64,000 nt of DNA from Candidatus Thorarchaeota archaeon (lineage in GTDB: Archaea > Asgardarchaeota > Thorarchaeia > Thorarchaeales > Thorarchaeaceae): the NCBI GenBank assembly GCA_048882045.1, contig JBHLRZ010000004.1, forward strand, positions 85,257-149,256, read 5' to 3'. Position 1 is the stretch's first letter. Every line of letters begins with the position of its first letter. Position numbers and translations under genes: made by a program. The notes under the pieces are model-generated. The model did no database searches. It worked only from the letters and a program-made list of their open reading frames with translations, and was not told the origin of the DNA. Positions 18,197 to 28,133 of this stretch are shown one piece after another.

Positions 18197-18901
18197 TTAC
18201 CTGCTCATCGAAACGGACCTGTTCATACTGCTGATGAATAGTTCTAGCCCTGTATCGACCTTGGCAACACCCAGTCCGCCCAGGTACGGTTCTCTGTCCT
18301 CGAATTTCAGTGCTCTCTCAAGAAGCATCCTCTTGGCACTCAGAAGTGCGAGATCATGTGTGATGTGAATGAAAATGATTGGCTCCTTAGCAGATATCAA
18401 CCTCTCAATGGTGTCTGCCATGAACCTGACTCGATAGTCCTCAAATGGTTCGATTCGATTCTCAAATTCTCCATCAACCCACCTATTGACATAATCTGTC
18501 ACATTCTCTCCATTAGGATGTAGGTCATTCCAAACATCGTGATCCAAAATCTGTGGCGCAACTAGGGTAGGAAGAGGACTGATGTCAATTACCTCTCCTC
18601 CATTCTCAGAATATCCATCTGCAATACCTTCTGCAGTTTCGTGGCAACGAGGTATAAAACTGGTGTAGATGTCCATAGGCCTTCCTGGTCTAATTCGTTT
18701 TCCAACTTCAACTGCAACCTGCCGACCAAGCTCCGTGATTCCTGCGCTAGCCATATCCTGATGGTTTCGAAGTGTTTCCCTGTGTGAATGTCTAAGAATA
18801 AGCATCAAAGAACTGTTTGAGCTGATATTCGATGCCCAGTCGAGAATGTTTCTGACATTAGTAATCCAATCTTCAGTGTCCCAGCTTTTCTTGATGTCCA
18901 T
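18197..18901 (-). CDS. histidine phosphatase family protein
   Basis: LILRHSHRE (RH.. catalytic motif) and a later HITHD histidine. Confidence 0.6.
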   Translation of the reverse strand: MDIKKSWDTEDWITNVRNILDWASNISSNSSLMLILRHSHRETLRNHQDMASAGITELGRQVAVEVGKRIRPGRPMDIYTSFIPRCHETAEGIADGYSENGGEVIDISPLPTLVAPQILDHDVWNDLHPNGENVTDYVNRWVDGEFENRIEPFEDYRVRFMADTIERLISAKEPIIFIHITHDLALLSAKRMLLERALKFEDREPYLGGLGVAKVDTGLELFISSMNRSVSMSR

Positions 18902-18918
18902 TGTAATTCCTCAAACGT

Positions 18919-19338
18919 TCAGAGGTGTTCACGTATTCCTGCCTCGATGACTCTGAAGCAGTTGGGACAGGTCAGCTCACTTGAACCTACCCATTCGACT
19001 TGATTCATTTCCAGTTTGTATTTGCAATGGGGACAGTATACAGGTACAGTATAAACAGAACCCTCTGCATAGTCACCAGTTTGATACATAGGCTGAGTAT
19101 AGGTTTGTCTCATCATTACACTGTCACTGGTTGTTCTCTGAGTTGTGTTGCACACTACCATAGATACTATGATTATGAGGGTCATGATTCCAAAGGTTCC
19201 AATCAAAGTTGGCCAGAGGATTGGCCACACATACTCCAGGATCCCAAGTGTTTCAAACATGATATACATGATGAAGAGTATTCCAGCCATTACAATGGCT
19301 ATGCCACAGATGATTCTGGCTGCTATATTACTAGACAA
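18919..19338 (-). CDS. membrane protein with C-terminal zinc ribbon
   Basis: Two or three TM helices, then CPHCKYKLEMNQVEWVGSSELTCPNC. CCTTTATAGG (complement of 19369-19378) is a plausible TATA box upstream. Confidence 0.55.
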   Translation of the reverse strand: MSSNIAARIICGIAIVMAGILFIMYIMFETLGILEYVWPILWPTLIGTFGIMTLIIIVSMVVCNTTQRTTSDSVMMRQTYTQPMYQTGDYAEGSVYTVPVYCPHCKYKLEMNQVEWVGSSELTCPNCFRVIEAGIREHL

Positions 19339-19654
19339 ATGATCACAGTGCAGTTGACTGTGTTTTATCCTATAAAGGTTCAGAGGATGTGGATACCTGC
19401 GACTATTAGTTTTGAACTTTCTCGGAAGAACCGAGCTTCAGAGATTAATAGGAGCACTCACGCTCCAGACAGGTCGATGTCACAGATCTGTTTAGTTTCG
19501 ACCATCTCTCTCGGGCGTGTGAGTTCACTAGGAAGAACTTTCACTCCTCACAAAATCCTAGTATCACACCCTTCATTTGAGAACAGTCGAGGCGTGGCAG
19601 GTACCGTAAAGGTTACTTACAGTCAGGTATGTGCGTCCAGGAAGGCTGGAGCAG

Positions 19655-21637
19655 ATGAGTGATTTCAAACTAGAGGCACCATTCAAACCCACAGGTGATC
19701 AACCACAGGCGATAGAGAAACTAGTGGAAGGTCTTGAGAGTGAACTCCAGCATCAAACACTTCTTGGTGTTACAGGCTCTGGTAAGACTTTTACAATGGC
19801 AAACGTCATTGAGGCTTACAATAAACCTACACTTGTCATCTCACATAACAAGACATTGGCTGCGCAGCTCGCATCTGAATACAAGCAATTCTTCCCTGAT
19901 GCAGGAGTCGAATACTTTGTTTCATACTACGACTACTATCAGCCAGAAGCCTATGTTCCCAGTAAGGACATGTACATCGAGAAGGAAACAGACATCAACC
20001 AGGAGATTGAGAGACTTCGACATTCTGCAACTCATTCTTTGAGATCCCGGAGTGATGTCATTGTAGTAGCATCTGTTTCCTGTATATACGGTGTAGGTGA
20101 TCCGAGTGAGTATGACTACTTCAGGATGTACATTGAACGGGGAGGGCAAATTGACCGACGTGAAATCTTGGAACGACTCGTCGCCATGCAATACGAGCGA
20201 AATGACATGGAGATCAAGCCTGGTGTCTTCCGGGTGAGGGGAGATGTCATAGATGTCTATCCCGCTGCTTCAGAGAACAGCTATCGAATTGAGCTCGACG
20301 GTGACAAAGTGTACCGGCTCACTATGCTGGAAGGTCTTACCTCAAAGAAGCTGTATCAACCAGACTGGATTGAATTGTATCCAGCAAAACATCACATAGC
20401 CCGTCATGAAACCGTTATCGACGCACTGGAACCGATAGAGCAAGAGATGCTTGAGAGGGTTGAGTGGTTCAAGAAGCAAGGGAAGATGGTGGAAGCAGAT
20501 CGACTGAAGCGAAGAACTCTGTATGATATTGAGATGCTTCGGGAGATTGGAATGTGTTCTGGCATAGAGAATTACTCTCGGTTCATTGATGGTCGAAGTG
20601 TAGGTGAGAAGCCATACACTCTACTCGACTACTTCCCGAAAGATTTCCTCATGATTATCGATGAGTCTCACATGACCATTCCCCAGGTTCGAGGGATGTA
20701 CAACGGGGACCTTGCGCGAAAACAGAATTTGGTAGACTATGGATTTCGACTCCCCTCAGCGATTGACAATCGTCCATTGAAGTTTCCAGAGTTCGAGAAA
20801 TACATGAAACATGTCATCTTCACAAGTGCAACTCCGGGACCATACGAGAAGAAGGTAAGCAAACAGATTGTCGAACAGCTACTGAGACCCACTGGTCTCT
20901 TGGATCCTGACATAACTATCAAACCTGTGATCGGTCAGGTGGACCATCTCCTAGGTGAGATACAGACCACCGTGGGAAAGGGTGATAGAGTCCTCGTGAC
21001 TACCCTCACAAAGAAGACTGCTGAAATGTTGAGTGAGTATCTTATTGAGGCAGGAGTGAAGTCTAGATATCTGCATTCAGACATCGGTACAGTGGAGCGT
21101 ATCGAAATCATCCGTCAGCTACGTCAGGCGAAGTTTGATGTCCTTGTTGGTATCAACCTTCTTAGAGAGGGGCTGGACCTCCCAGAGGTCGGACTAGTTG
21201 CTATCCTCGATGCAGACAAGGAGGGCTTCCTGAGGACAGATTGGGCACTCATCCAGACCATGGGTCGGGCAGCACGAAACGCGAATGGCCGAGTCATTCT
21301 ATATGGTGACCACACGTCGAAGGCTATGCAGACTGCAATAGATGAGGTCAACCGACGCAGGTCATATCAAGAGAAGTACAATAAGGAGCATGGAATCACA
21401 CCTGCGACCATTGTTAAGGATATTCAGGACATTGCCCAAGGCATCACAGTGCGCCAAGAAAGTGCTCAGACAAAGCTCGAGGATTTCGATCCTATCGAGA
21501 TGGATGACCTAGCTGATTACATCATTGACCTTGAGGAAGAGATGAAGGAAGCAGCAAGGAACCTTGAGTTTGAGAAGGCTGCAAGACTACGTGACAAGAT
21601 TGCATCATTACGAAAGAGGGTAGAGGGTATCAGATAG
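19655..21637 (+). CDS. uvrB: excinuclease ABC subunit B
   Basis: FKPTGDQPQAIEKL, GVTGSGKTFTMA (Walker A), IIDESHMTIPQ (DESH), and the C-terminal UVR motif EFEKAARLRDKI. ATG 19655 is preferred over GTG 19631. Confidence 0.95.
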   Translation: MSDFKLEAPFKPTGDQPQAIEKLVEGLESELQHQTLLGVTGSGKTFTMANVIEAYNKPTLVISHNKTLAAQLASEYKQFFPDAGVEYFVSYYDYYQPEAYVPSKDMYIEKETDINQEIERLRHSATHSLRSRSDVIVVASVSCIYGVGDPSEYDYFRMYIERGGQIDRREILERLVAMQYERNDMEIKPGVFRVRGDVIDVYPAASENSYRIELDGDKVYRLTMLEGLTSKKLYQPDWIELYPAKHHIARHETVIDALEPIEQEMLERVEWFKKQGKMVEADRLKRRTLYDIEMLREIGMCSGIENYSRFIDGRSVGEKPYTLLDYFPKDFLMIIDESHMTIPQVRGMYNGDLARKQNLVDYGFRLPSAIDNRPLKFPEFEKYMKHVIFTSATPGPYEKKVSKQIVEQLLRPTGLLDPDITIKPVIGQVDHLLGEIQTTVGKGDRVLVTTLTKKTAEMLSEYLIEAGVKSRYLHSDIGTVERIEIIRQLRQAKFDVLVGINLLREGLDLPEVGLVAILDADKEGFLRTDWALIQTMGRAARNANGRVILYGDHTSKAMQTAIDEVNRRRSYQEKYNKEHGITPATIVKDIQDIAQGITVRQESAQTKLEDFDPIEMDDLADYIIDLEEEMKEAARNLEFEKAARLRDKIASLRKRVEGIR

Positions 21638-24525
21638 TGAAGTCATTGACCAACGACAGAGGCAGCGGTTCTCCAGATGTTCCATTGGAGGGTCCTCAGT
21701 CCATACTAGTCGTTGGTGCTGCGGAAAACAATCTTCGCCACATTTCATGTGAGATTCCGAAGAACAAGTTCACAGTAGTTACCGGGGTTTCAGGTAGTGG
21801 AAAGAGCAGCCTGGTGTTCGACACGATCTTCGCTGAGGGTCAGAGACGCTTCGTTGAGTCTCTCTCTGCCTATGCACGTCAGTTTCTTGGCATGCTAGAG
21901 AAACCTAAGGTCGACTTCATGTCAGGACTCTCACCATCGATCTCGATTGACCAGAAGAGTGTTGGACGCAACCCTCGCTCTACCGTTGGTACAATCACAG
22001 AAATCTACGACTATCTACGTCTGCTCTACGCAAGAGTAGGTACTCCTCACTGCCCGAAGTGTGGTAAGAAGATCGAACCACAGACCTCGCAACAGATGGT
22101 CGATCGCATCCTCCGGTTTCCTGAAGGGACGAAGATAGTGATACTCGCTCCAATCGTCCGTGGTCGGAAGGGAGAGTATCGAAGGGAATTCAGAGACCTG
22201 ATCAAGAAGGGATTCATTCGAGCTAGAGTTGATGGGGAGCTCGTGGAACTCGAGGACGGAATGTCTCTTGACAGATACTTTGAGCACACCATAGAGGTAG
22301 TGGTAGACAGACTTCGAGTGAAGAAGGATGACCGCAGCAGGATATCGGAAGCTGTCGAGACCTCTCTCAACATGGCAGATGGTGTTGTCTCTGTCGAGAG
22401 GGATGGCGGCACTCTTACGTTATCGGAGCAGTTCGCCTGTGTGGACTGTGGAATCAGTCTTCCGGAGATGGAACCTCGTATCTTCTCTTGGAACACACCA
22501 CAGGGAGCATGCACTAACTGTACAGGTTTGGGAGTGGTCCGGGAGTTTGATCCCGACCTGTTCATCAAGAATCCTAATCTTTCATTGAATGAGGGTGCGA
22601 TGATTCCTGACAACTGGGTACTTCGTAGGAAATTGTTTCACAAGGTGGCTGAGAAGTACGGTTTCACCCTCGATATGCCCTGGAAAGACTTCACCGAGGA
22701 GCAGAAGAATATTGTATTCTACGGGACTACTGAGAAGTATGATGTCACATGGGAAGGTGGCAACGAAGAGTATGAGGTAAAGTACTCAGGTCATTACAAG
22801 AGAGCATTCGAGGGATTCGTCATCCGTGCTCAGAGGACCTACAAGAATACAAAGTCCGAGTATCGTCGTCGACAGATAGAACAGCTCATGTCCACACAGA
22901 AATGTCCAGTCTGTAAGGGTCATCGTCTGCGGCCAGAGTCTCAGGCTATAACGATAGGAAATCGCTCGATCTCTGAGATCGGATCTATGTCAATCAAAGA
23001 TCTTGGTCAGTTCATAGAAACCGCAAAGATTCCAAAGCGGTTCAGACCGGTCTCCGAGCCGATAATCAAAGAGATTCTCGGTCGCATAGGTTTTCTCCAG
23101 GATGTCGGGCTCGAGTACCTGACACTGGACAGGCCCGCTCCGTCTCTTGCAGGCGGCGAAGCCCAGAGGATTCGTCTCGCCAGTCAGATCGGTTCGAACC
23201 TTGTCGGTGTGACCTACGTCTGTGATGAGCCTAGTATCGGACTTCATGCCCGTGACAACCAGCGACTCCTGAACTCGTTGATGAATCTAAGAGACCTCGG
23301 CAACACAGTATTGGTCGTGGAGCATGACGAAGAGACGATCAGGAGTGCAGACTATGTCATCGACCTTGGCGTCGGTGCTGGTGCTGAGGGCGGGGATGTT
23401 GTCGTTGCTGGTGAACTTGATGATGTGTTGAATTCAGAAACGTCAATCACTGCAAAGTACCTCCGAGGTGATGAGAAGATACCTGTACCTACGGAGCGCC
23501 GAAAGTCGAATGGCAGGTTCATAGAGGTACGTGGTTGTCGCCACAACAATCTGAAGGATCTCAACGTGAGGATACCTCTGGGGCTGTTTGTGGCAGTAAC
23601 AGGAGTGTCCGGTAGTGGGAAGAGCTCTCTGGTCGTCGAGACACTGCAACGGGAACTAGCCCGCAGATTCCATCATGCTGAAGCAAAGCCCGGCGAGCAT
23701 GATGAAATTGTTGGAATCGAACAACTGGACAAAGTCATTGTGATTGACCAGAGTCCCATCGGGAGAACCCCGAGAAGTAATCCAGCTACATATGTCGGAC
23801 TCTGGACTCCACTCAGAGAACTCTATGCGAGTCTTCCTGAATCGAAGATTCGTGGATACAAGCCCGGTCGTTTCTCGTTCAATGTCAAGAGTGGTAGTTG
23901 CCCAAAGTGTAAGGGGGCTGGTGTAGAGATCATCGAGATGCAGTTCCTCCCTCCTGTTCAGGTAACATGTAGCGAGTGTAAGGGTCGCCGTTACAACAGG
24001 GAAACCCTCCAGGTCCGATTCAAGGGGAAGAATATCTCCGATGTTCTGGATATGAGGATAGACGAGGCCCGTGAGTTTTTCGAGGGAGTGCCTTCGATCC
24101 ATCGGCGTCTGTCAACTCTCTGCGACGTGGGCATGGGATATGTGAAGATGGGACAGCCCGCTACAACGTTGAGTGGCGGAGAAGCTCAGAGGATCAAACT
24201 GAGTAAGTTCCTGTCAAGACCTGCTACCGGACAGACACTGATTTTATTAGATGAGCCCACGACAGGTCTCCACTTTGCCGACATCAAGAAGCTCCTTGAG
24301 GTTCTCCACCGCCTGGTTGACCTCGGAAACAGTGTGCTTGTTATAGAACATCAACTGGATGTTGTGAAGACTGCTGACCATGTCATCGACTTGGGACCTG
24401 AGGGTGGGGATGAGGGTGGTTACATTGTTGCTCAGGGCACTCCGGAAGAGATAGTCGCAGACAAAGCCTCATACACAGGCAAGTACATGTCAGAACTTCT
24501 GCAAGAGGGAGGGGCTGAGATGTGA
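21637..24525 (+). CDS. uvrA: excinuclease ABC subunit A (copy 1)
   Basis: 962 aa. Two ABC modules (GVSGSGKSS twice, LSGGEAQRI twice) and Zn modules CPKCGKK/CVDCG, CTNCTGLG/CPVCKGHRL, CPKCKGAG/CSECKGRRY. The GTG start overlaps the uvrB stop. Confidence 0.95.
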   Translation: MKSLTNDRGSGSPDVPLEGPQSILVVGAAENNLRHISCEIPKNKFTVVTGVSGSGKSSLVFDTIFAEGQRRFVESLSAYARQFLGMLEKPKVDFMSGLSPSISIDQKSVGRNPRSTVGTITEIYDYLRLLYARVGTPHCPKCGKKIEPQTSQQMVDRILRFPEGTKIVILAPIVRGRKGEYRREFRDLIKKGFIRARVDGELVELEDGMSLDRYFEHTIEVVVDRLRVKKDDRSRISEAVETSLNMADGVVSVERDGGTLTLSEQFACVDCGISLPEMEPRIFSWNTPQGACTNCTGLGVVREFDPDLFIKNPNLSLNEGAMIPDNWVLRRKLFHKVAEKYGFTLDMPWKDFTEEQKNIVFYGTTEKYDVTWEGGNEEYEVKYSGHYKRAFEGFVIRAQRTYKNTKSEYRRRQIEQLMSTQKCPVCKGHRLRPESQAITIGNRSISEIGSMSIKDLGQFIETAKIPKRFRPVSEPIIKEILGRIGFLQDVGLEYLTLDRPAPSLAGGEAQRIRLASQIGSNLVGVTYVCDEPSIGLHARDNQRLLNSLMNLRDLGNTVLVVEHDEETIRSADYVIDLGVGAGAEGGDVVVAGELDDVLNSETSITAKYLRGDEKIPVPTERRKSNGRFIEVRGCRHNNLKDLNVRIPLGLFVAVTGVSGSGKSSLVVETLQRELARRFHHAEAKPGEHDEIVGIEQLDKVIVIDQSPIGRTPRSNPATYVGLWTPLRELYASLPESKIRGYKPGRFSFNVKSGSCPKCKGAGVEIIEMQFLPPVQVTCSECKGRRYNRETLQVRFKGKNISDVLDMRIDEAREFFEGVPSIHRRLSTLCDVGMGYVKMGQPATTLSGGEAQRIKLSKFLSRPATGQTLILLDEPTTGLHFADIKKLLEVLHRLVDLGNSVLVIEHQLDVVKTADHVIDLGPEGGDEGGYIVAQGTPEEIVADKASYTGKYMSELLQEGGAEM

Positions 24526-27380
24526 CCGGCTACATCAAGGTGCGAAAGGCTGAGGAACATAACCTCAAGTCAATCGATGTAGACATTCCTCGAGATCGGC
24601 TTGTGGTTGTTACAGGACCCAGTGGTTCTGGAAAATCTACGCTTGTGTTTGATACCGTGTTCGCAGAGGGGCAGCGACGCTATGTGGAGAGCTTGTCTTC
24701 CTATGCACGAAGGTTTCTTGGACGCCTCGACAAACCAAAGGTGGACAAGATCACTGGTCTTCCTCCAGCCATATCGATCGAACAGAAAGGACGCACAAAG
24801 AACCCACGTAGCACAGTAGCAACGAGCACTGAGATCCAGGACTACCTTCGACTGCTATACGCCAATATTGGCATCGCACATTGTGTCCAGTGTAAGAAAC
24901 CTATGGAACAGCTCACTGCTGAGTCAGCAGCCAGACTTCTTCTTGATGAGAATGGAGGACAAAGGATTCACATACTCGCCCCTGTCGTGAGGGGTGATAC
25001 CGGGAATCACGAGGAGGAATTGGACGGTCTCTTCAAGAATGGATTCGCCAGAGTCCGAGTAGACAGTGAGATCCATGACATCGACGGTCTCCACCTGGAT
25101 GCTCGGAAGAAACACGATATCGAAGTTGTCGTTGACAGGCTCGAACTCAGTCAGAAGAATAGAGAGCGACTCATCGGGTCCCTGGAGACCGCACTTGAAA
25201 CTGGAGAGGGAGCAGCCATCGTCGCTCGGGAAGGTATGCCTGACTTGCTCTTTGCAGAATCACTGATGTGTCCGAAGTGTGGAATTCAATATGATAAACT
25301 GGGACCGAAGGCCTTCTCACATAACAGACCAGATGGAGCATGTCCCACATGTAATGGTCTTGGAGTGACAATGGCTGTCGACCCAGACTTAGTGATACCT
25401 GACAAAGACATGACTGTTCGAGAGATCAGTAAGAGAGTCAACAGAGCGGAGAAACCATGGTTCTTGAAGCGGCTCCAGAAATTGGGTGAACAGAAAGGCT
25501 TTACATTGGACACAAAATACAGGGACTTCACAAAGGCTCAGGTAGATGTGTTCATGTGGGGGAAGCCGAATGTCATGCTTCAATATGTGATGGAGGGCGA
25601 TGAGTCATATTGGGAAATAGAACGAAAATGGATAGGGCTCATTCCGTGGTTGGAACGACTCTTTGAAAACTCAAAGAGCAGCGACAAACAGTGGTATCAG
25701 TGGTGGGCACGGAGAATTGCAAACGAGTTCTCTCGAAAGAGTACCTGTGTGTCCTGCAATGGTCGTCGTCTGAAACCTGAGAGTCTTGCAGTCACTGTTG
25801 GGGGTCGCTCTATTGATACTATCACTTCCATGACCATCGAACAGGCTGTTGAGTTTTTCAACACCATCGAGCTCTCAGAACGAGACCTCAAGATAGCACA
25901 GCTTGTCCTCAAAGAGATAAAGGCTCGACTGAAATTCTTGATCTCTGTAGGCCTCGAGTATCTCAATCTGGACAGAGCTAGTATGACTCTCTCAGGAGGA
26001 GAGAGTCAGAGAATCAGACTCGCAACGCAGATCGGTTCTGCACTGACTGGAGTCCTCTATTGTCTTGATGAACCATCAATTGGTCTCCATCCGCGAGACA
26101 TCAGTCGCCTCATCGATACGTTCTATCACCTTCGATCACTCGGGAACACCGTGGTCGTAATCGAGCATGACAGAGACACCATCACGGCTGCAGACCATCT
26201 CATCGACTTGGGGCCGCTGGCGGGTCGACATGGTGGAGAAGTGGTAGCAGAAGGGTCTCCTAGAGAAGTTCTGACACACCCAAAGTCTCTGACTGCCCAG
26301 TACTTGGCTGGAGAGAAACAGATTCCCATCCCCGAAGAACGGCGTAAAGGAAACGGTCACAACATCACTATTCACAACGCACGTACGAACAATCTGAAGG
26401 GCATCACAGTCAGGTTCCCATTGAACAAGATGATCTGTGTGTCTGGAGTTTCGGGTGCTGGGAAGAGCTCCCTGACGTATGATACACTCTACAAGGCACT
26501 TGCTCGGGACATCAATGGAGCAAGCACAAGACCTGGTCCTTATGATTCAATAGATGGGATTGAAAATCTCGATAGGCTGGTCTTGGTAGATCAGTCACCG
26601 ATAGGCCGGACACCCAGAAGCAACCCAGCAACCTACACGAAGACCTTCGGAGAGATTCGTGAGCTCTTCGCAAAGATGCCTGAGGCGAAGGCTCGCGGAT
26701 TCAGTCCTGGACGATTCAGTTTCAACACACGCGAGGGTCGATGCGAGAAGTGCAAAGGCAGTGGAGTGCTTCGAGTTGAGATGCACTTCATGTCGGATGT
26801 GTTCATGACCTGCGATGTGTGTCACGGAGAACGATTCGACCGAGAGACCCTCGAGGTAAGTTACAAGGGGAAGAACATCACCGAGATCCTCGCGATGACC
26901 ATAGATGAAGCTCTTGAGTTCTTTGCTGACATCCCGAAGATTGCAGACAAGCTCACTACACTTGTCGACGTAGGATTGGGCTACCTCCAGTTGGGTCAAC
27001 CAGCCACCCAGCTCAGTGGTGGAGAAGCACAGAGGATGAAGCTCGCATCAGAGCTCTCTCGGAAGGCAACTGGGAAGACATTGTATCTCTTGGACGAACC
27101 CACAACTGGGCTGTCCGCCTCTGATGTCCATGTCCTGCTCAGAGTGATTAATCGGTTAGTGGATGCAGGGAACACAGCCATCATTGTGGAACACAATCTT
27201 GAGGTCGTCAAGACAGCAGACCATGTCATCGACTTAGGTCCGGAAGGTGGAGATGCTGGTGGTGAGGTGATCGCCGAGGGCACTCCCGAAGAGATCTGTG
27301 AAGTCTGGAAGTCGTATACAGGGAACCACTTGCGTGATGCCCTCTTCGGCCCCAACGTTCGGCGGGGTCAACTGAACTAA
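24522..27380 (+). CDS. uvrA: excinuclease ABC subunit A paralog (copy 2, full length)
   Basis: 952 aa with the same domain order (GPSGSGKST, GVSGAGKSS, LSGGESQRI, LSGGEAQRM; CVQCKK/CPKCG, CPTCNGLG/CVSCNGRRL, CEKCKGSG/CDVCHGERF). The GTG start overlaps the copy 1 stop (GTGA) and is preceded by GGGAGGGG. Confidence 0.9.
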   Translation: MTGYIKVRKAEEHNLKSIDVDIPRDRLVVVTGPSGSGKSTLVFDTVFAEGQRRYVESLSSYARRFLGRLDKPKVDKITGLPPAISIEQKGRTKNPRSTVATSTEIQDYLRLLYANIGIAHCVQCKKPMEQLTAESAARLLLDENGGQRIHILAPVVRGDTGNHEEELDGLFKNGFARVRVDSEIHDIDGLHLDARKKHDIEVVVDRLELSQKNRERLIGSLETALETGEGAAIVAREGMPDLLFAESLMCPKCGIQYDKLGPKAFSHNRPDGACPTCNGLGVTMAVDPDLVIPDKDMTVREISKRVNRAEKPWFLKRLQKLGEQKGFTLDTKYRDFTKAQVDVFMWGKPNVMLQYVMEGDESYWEIERKWIGLIPWLERLFENSKSSDKQWYQWWARRIANEFSRKSTCVSCNGRRLKPESLAVTVGGRSIDTITSMTIEQAVEFFNTIELSERDLKIAQLVLKEIKARLKFLISVGLEYLNLDRASMTLSGGESQRIRLATQIGSALTGVLYCLDEPSIGLHPRDISRLIDTFYHLRSLGNTVVVIEHDRDTITAADHLIDLGPLAGRHGGEVVAEGSPREVLTHPKSLTAQYLAGEKQIPIPEERRKGNGHNITIHNARTNNLKGITVRFPLNKMICVSGVSGAGKSSLTYDTLYKALARDINGASTRPGPYDSIDGIENLDRLVLVDQSPIGRTPRSNPATYTKTFGEIRELFAKMPEAKARGFSPGRFSFNTREGRCEKCKGSGVLRVEMHFMSDVFMTCDVCHGERFDRETLEVSYKGKNITEILAMTIDEALEFFADIPKIADKLTTLVDVGLGYLQLGQPATQLSGGEAQRMKLASELSRKATGKTLYLLDEPTTGLSASDVHVLLRVINRLVDAGNTAIIVEHNLEVVKTADHVIDLGPEGGDAGGEVIAEGTPEEICEVWKSYTGNHLRDALFGPNVRRGQLN

Positions 27381-27392
27381 TACATGATCGGC

Positions 27393-27833
27393 TTAGTAAA
27401 GCTGGATGAACGTATAGACAAAGACAATCAGGAATATTATGACCATAACGGAGATCATGGCTCCCAGAGTCCTTGAGTAGTTCTTCGGGTCGAGCTGCCC
27501 CTCTTGGTCCATTTTCTTTGCCATCGGGTACAGTTTCCAATAGAAGGACATGATTGACATCATCAGTGCAAAAAGGACCCAGACCTGGACCTGTTCGTTC
27601 GCAAAGATGAGGATCACAGTCAACATGGCCAAAAAGATCAACTTTGTACCAGCAACCCAGTTCACCAGATAGTTTGTAAAATTGTGTATCTCTGTGTCTT
27701 GCTTGGACTTCTCCCAGGCTGTGAAGACTCCTACACTATTGAACATCTTAGAATCCTTTCTGAAGTAAAGTGCGAGAACGTTCGCGAATTCAAGGAACAT
27801 GAATGCAATTATCACAATTACAAGTAGACTCAT
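27393..27833 (-). CDS. hypothetical 4-TM membrane protein
   Basis: 146 aa with four hydrophobic helices. No family recognised. Confidence 0.55.
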   Translation of the reverse strand: MSLLVIVIIAFMFLEFANVLALYFRKDSKMFNSVGVFTAWEKSKQDTEIHNFTNYLVNWVAGTKLIFLAMLTVILIFANEQVQVWVLFALMMSIMSFYWKLYPMAKKMDQEGQLDPKNYSRTLGAMISVMVIIFLIVFVYTFIQLY

Positions 27834-27927
27834 AGTGAAGGACTCGAATATTGCTCGATATATTATAACTGGTCATCAATGGAAATCAATGATTTTTCAA
27901 AAACCGCGCGTTCTGCGTTCGATTTAT

Positions 27928-27941
27928 CGAGACGCGTCTCG
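27928..27941. promoter_or_regulatory. perfect 14-bp GC-rich palindrome in a divergent promoter region
   Basis: CGAGACGCGTCTCG lies between the divergently transcribed genes 27393..27833 (-) and 28134..28649 (+), inside the uvr locus. Confidence 0.3.
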
Positions 27942-28133
27942 CATAATGAGACCTCGCAGAAAATCAACTGCCACAAAATGCTCGGAAACACTTCCGAAAT
28001 GCATTTTTCAGCAATAGACAAGTGAGGACATCATACACATATGGTATATTAACCACTCGCGAGAGACTTTTTCCTGGTTGTCCATGTTTGGACCACCGTT
28101 CGCAGACGGCCGCCGGGAGGTCGACGCACACAC

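Noticed and set aside
18447-18462. GGTTCGATTCGATTC, resembling a tRNA T-arm
   Set aside because: It lies inside a well-supported CDS (histidine phosphatase). No acceptor or anticodon stems can be built around it.
19000-19662. 220-aa plus-strand ORF spanning the 18919..19338 gene and the uvrB upstream region
   Set aside because: Its translation is His/Ser/Cys-rich and not protein-like, and it crosses an obvious intergenic region. The opposite-strand ORF has clean TM helices and a CxxC..CxxC zinc ribbon.
22047-22613. 188-aa minus-strand ORF (with similar ones at 23656..24102, 26595..26999 and 26996..27355) inside the uvrA genes
   Set aside because: It is fully antisense to high-confidence uvrA coding sequence. 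Its composition is Ser/Arg/Pro-rich and low in complexity, as expected for a shadow frame in GC-richer genes.
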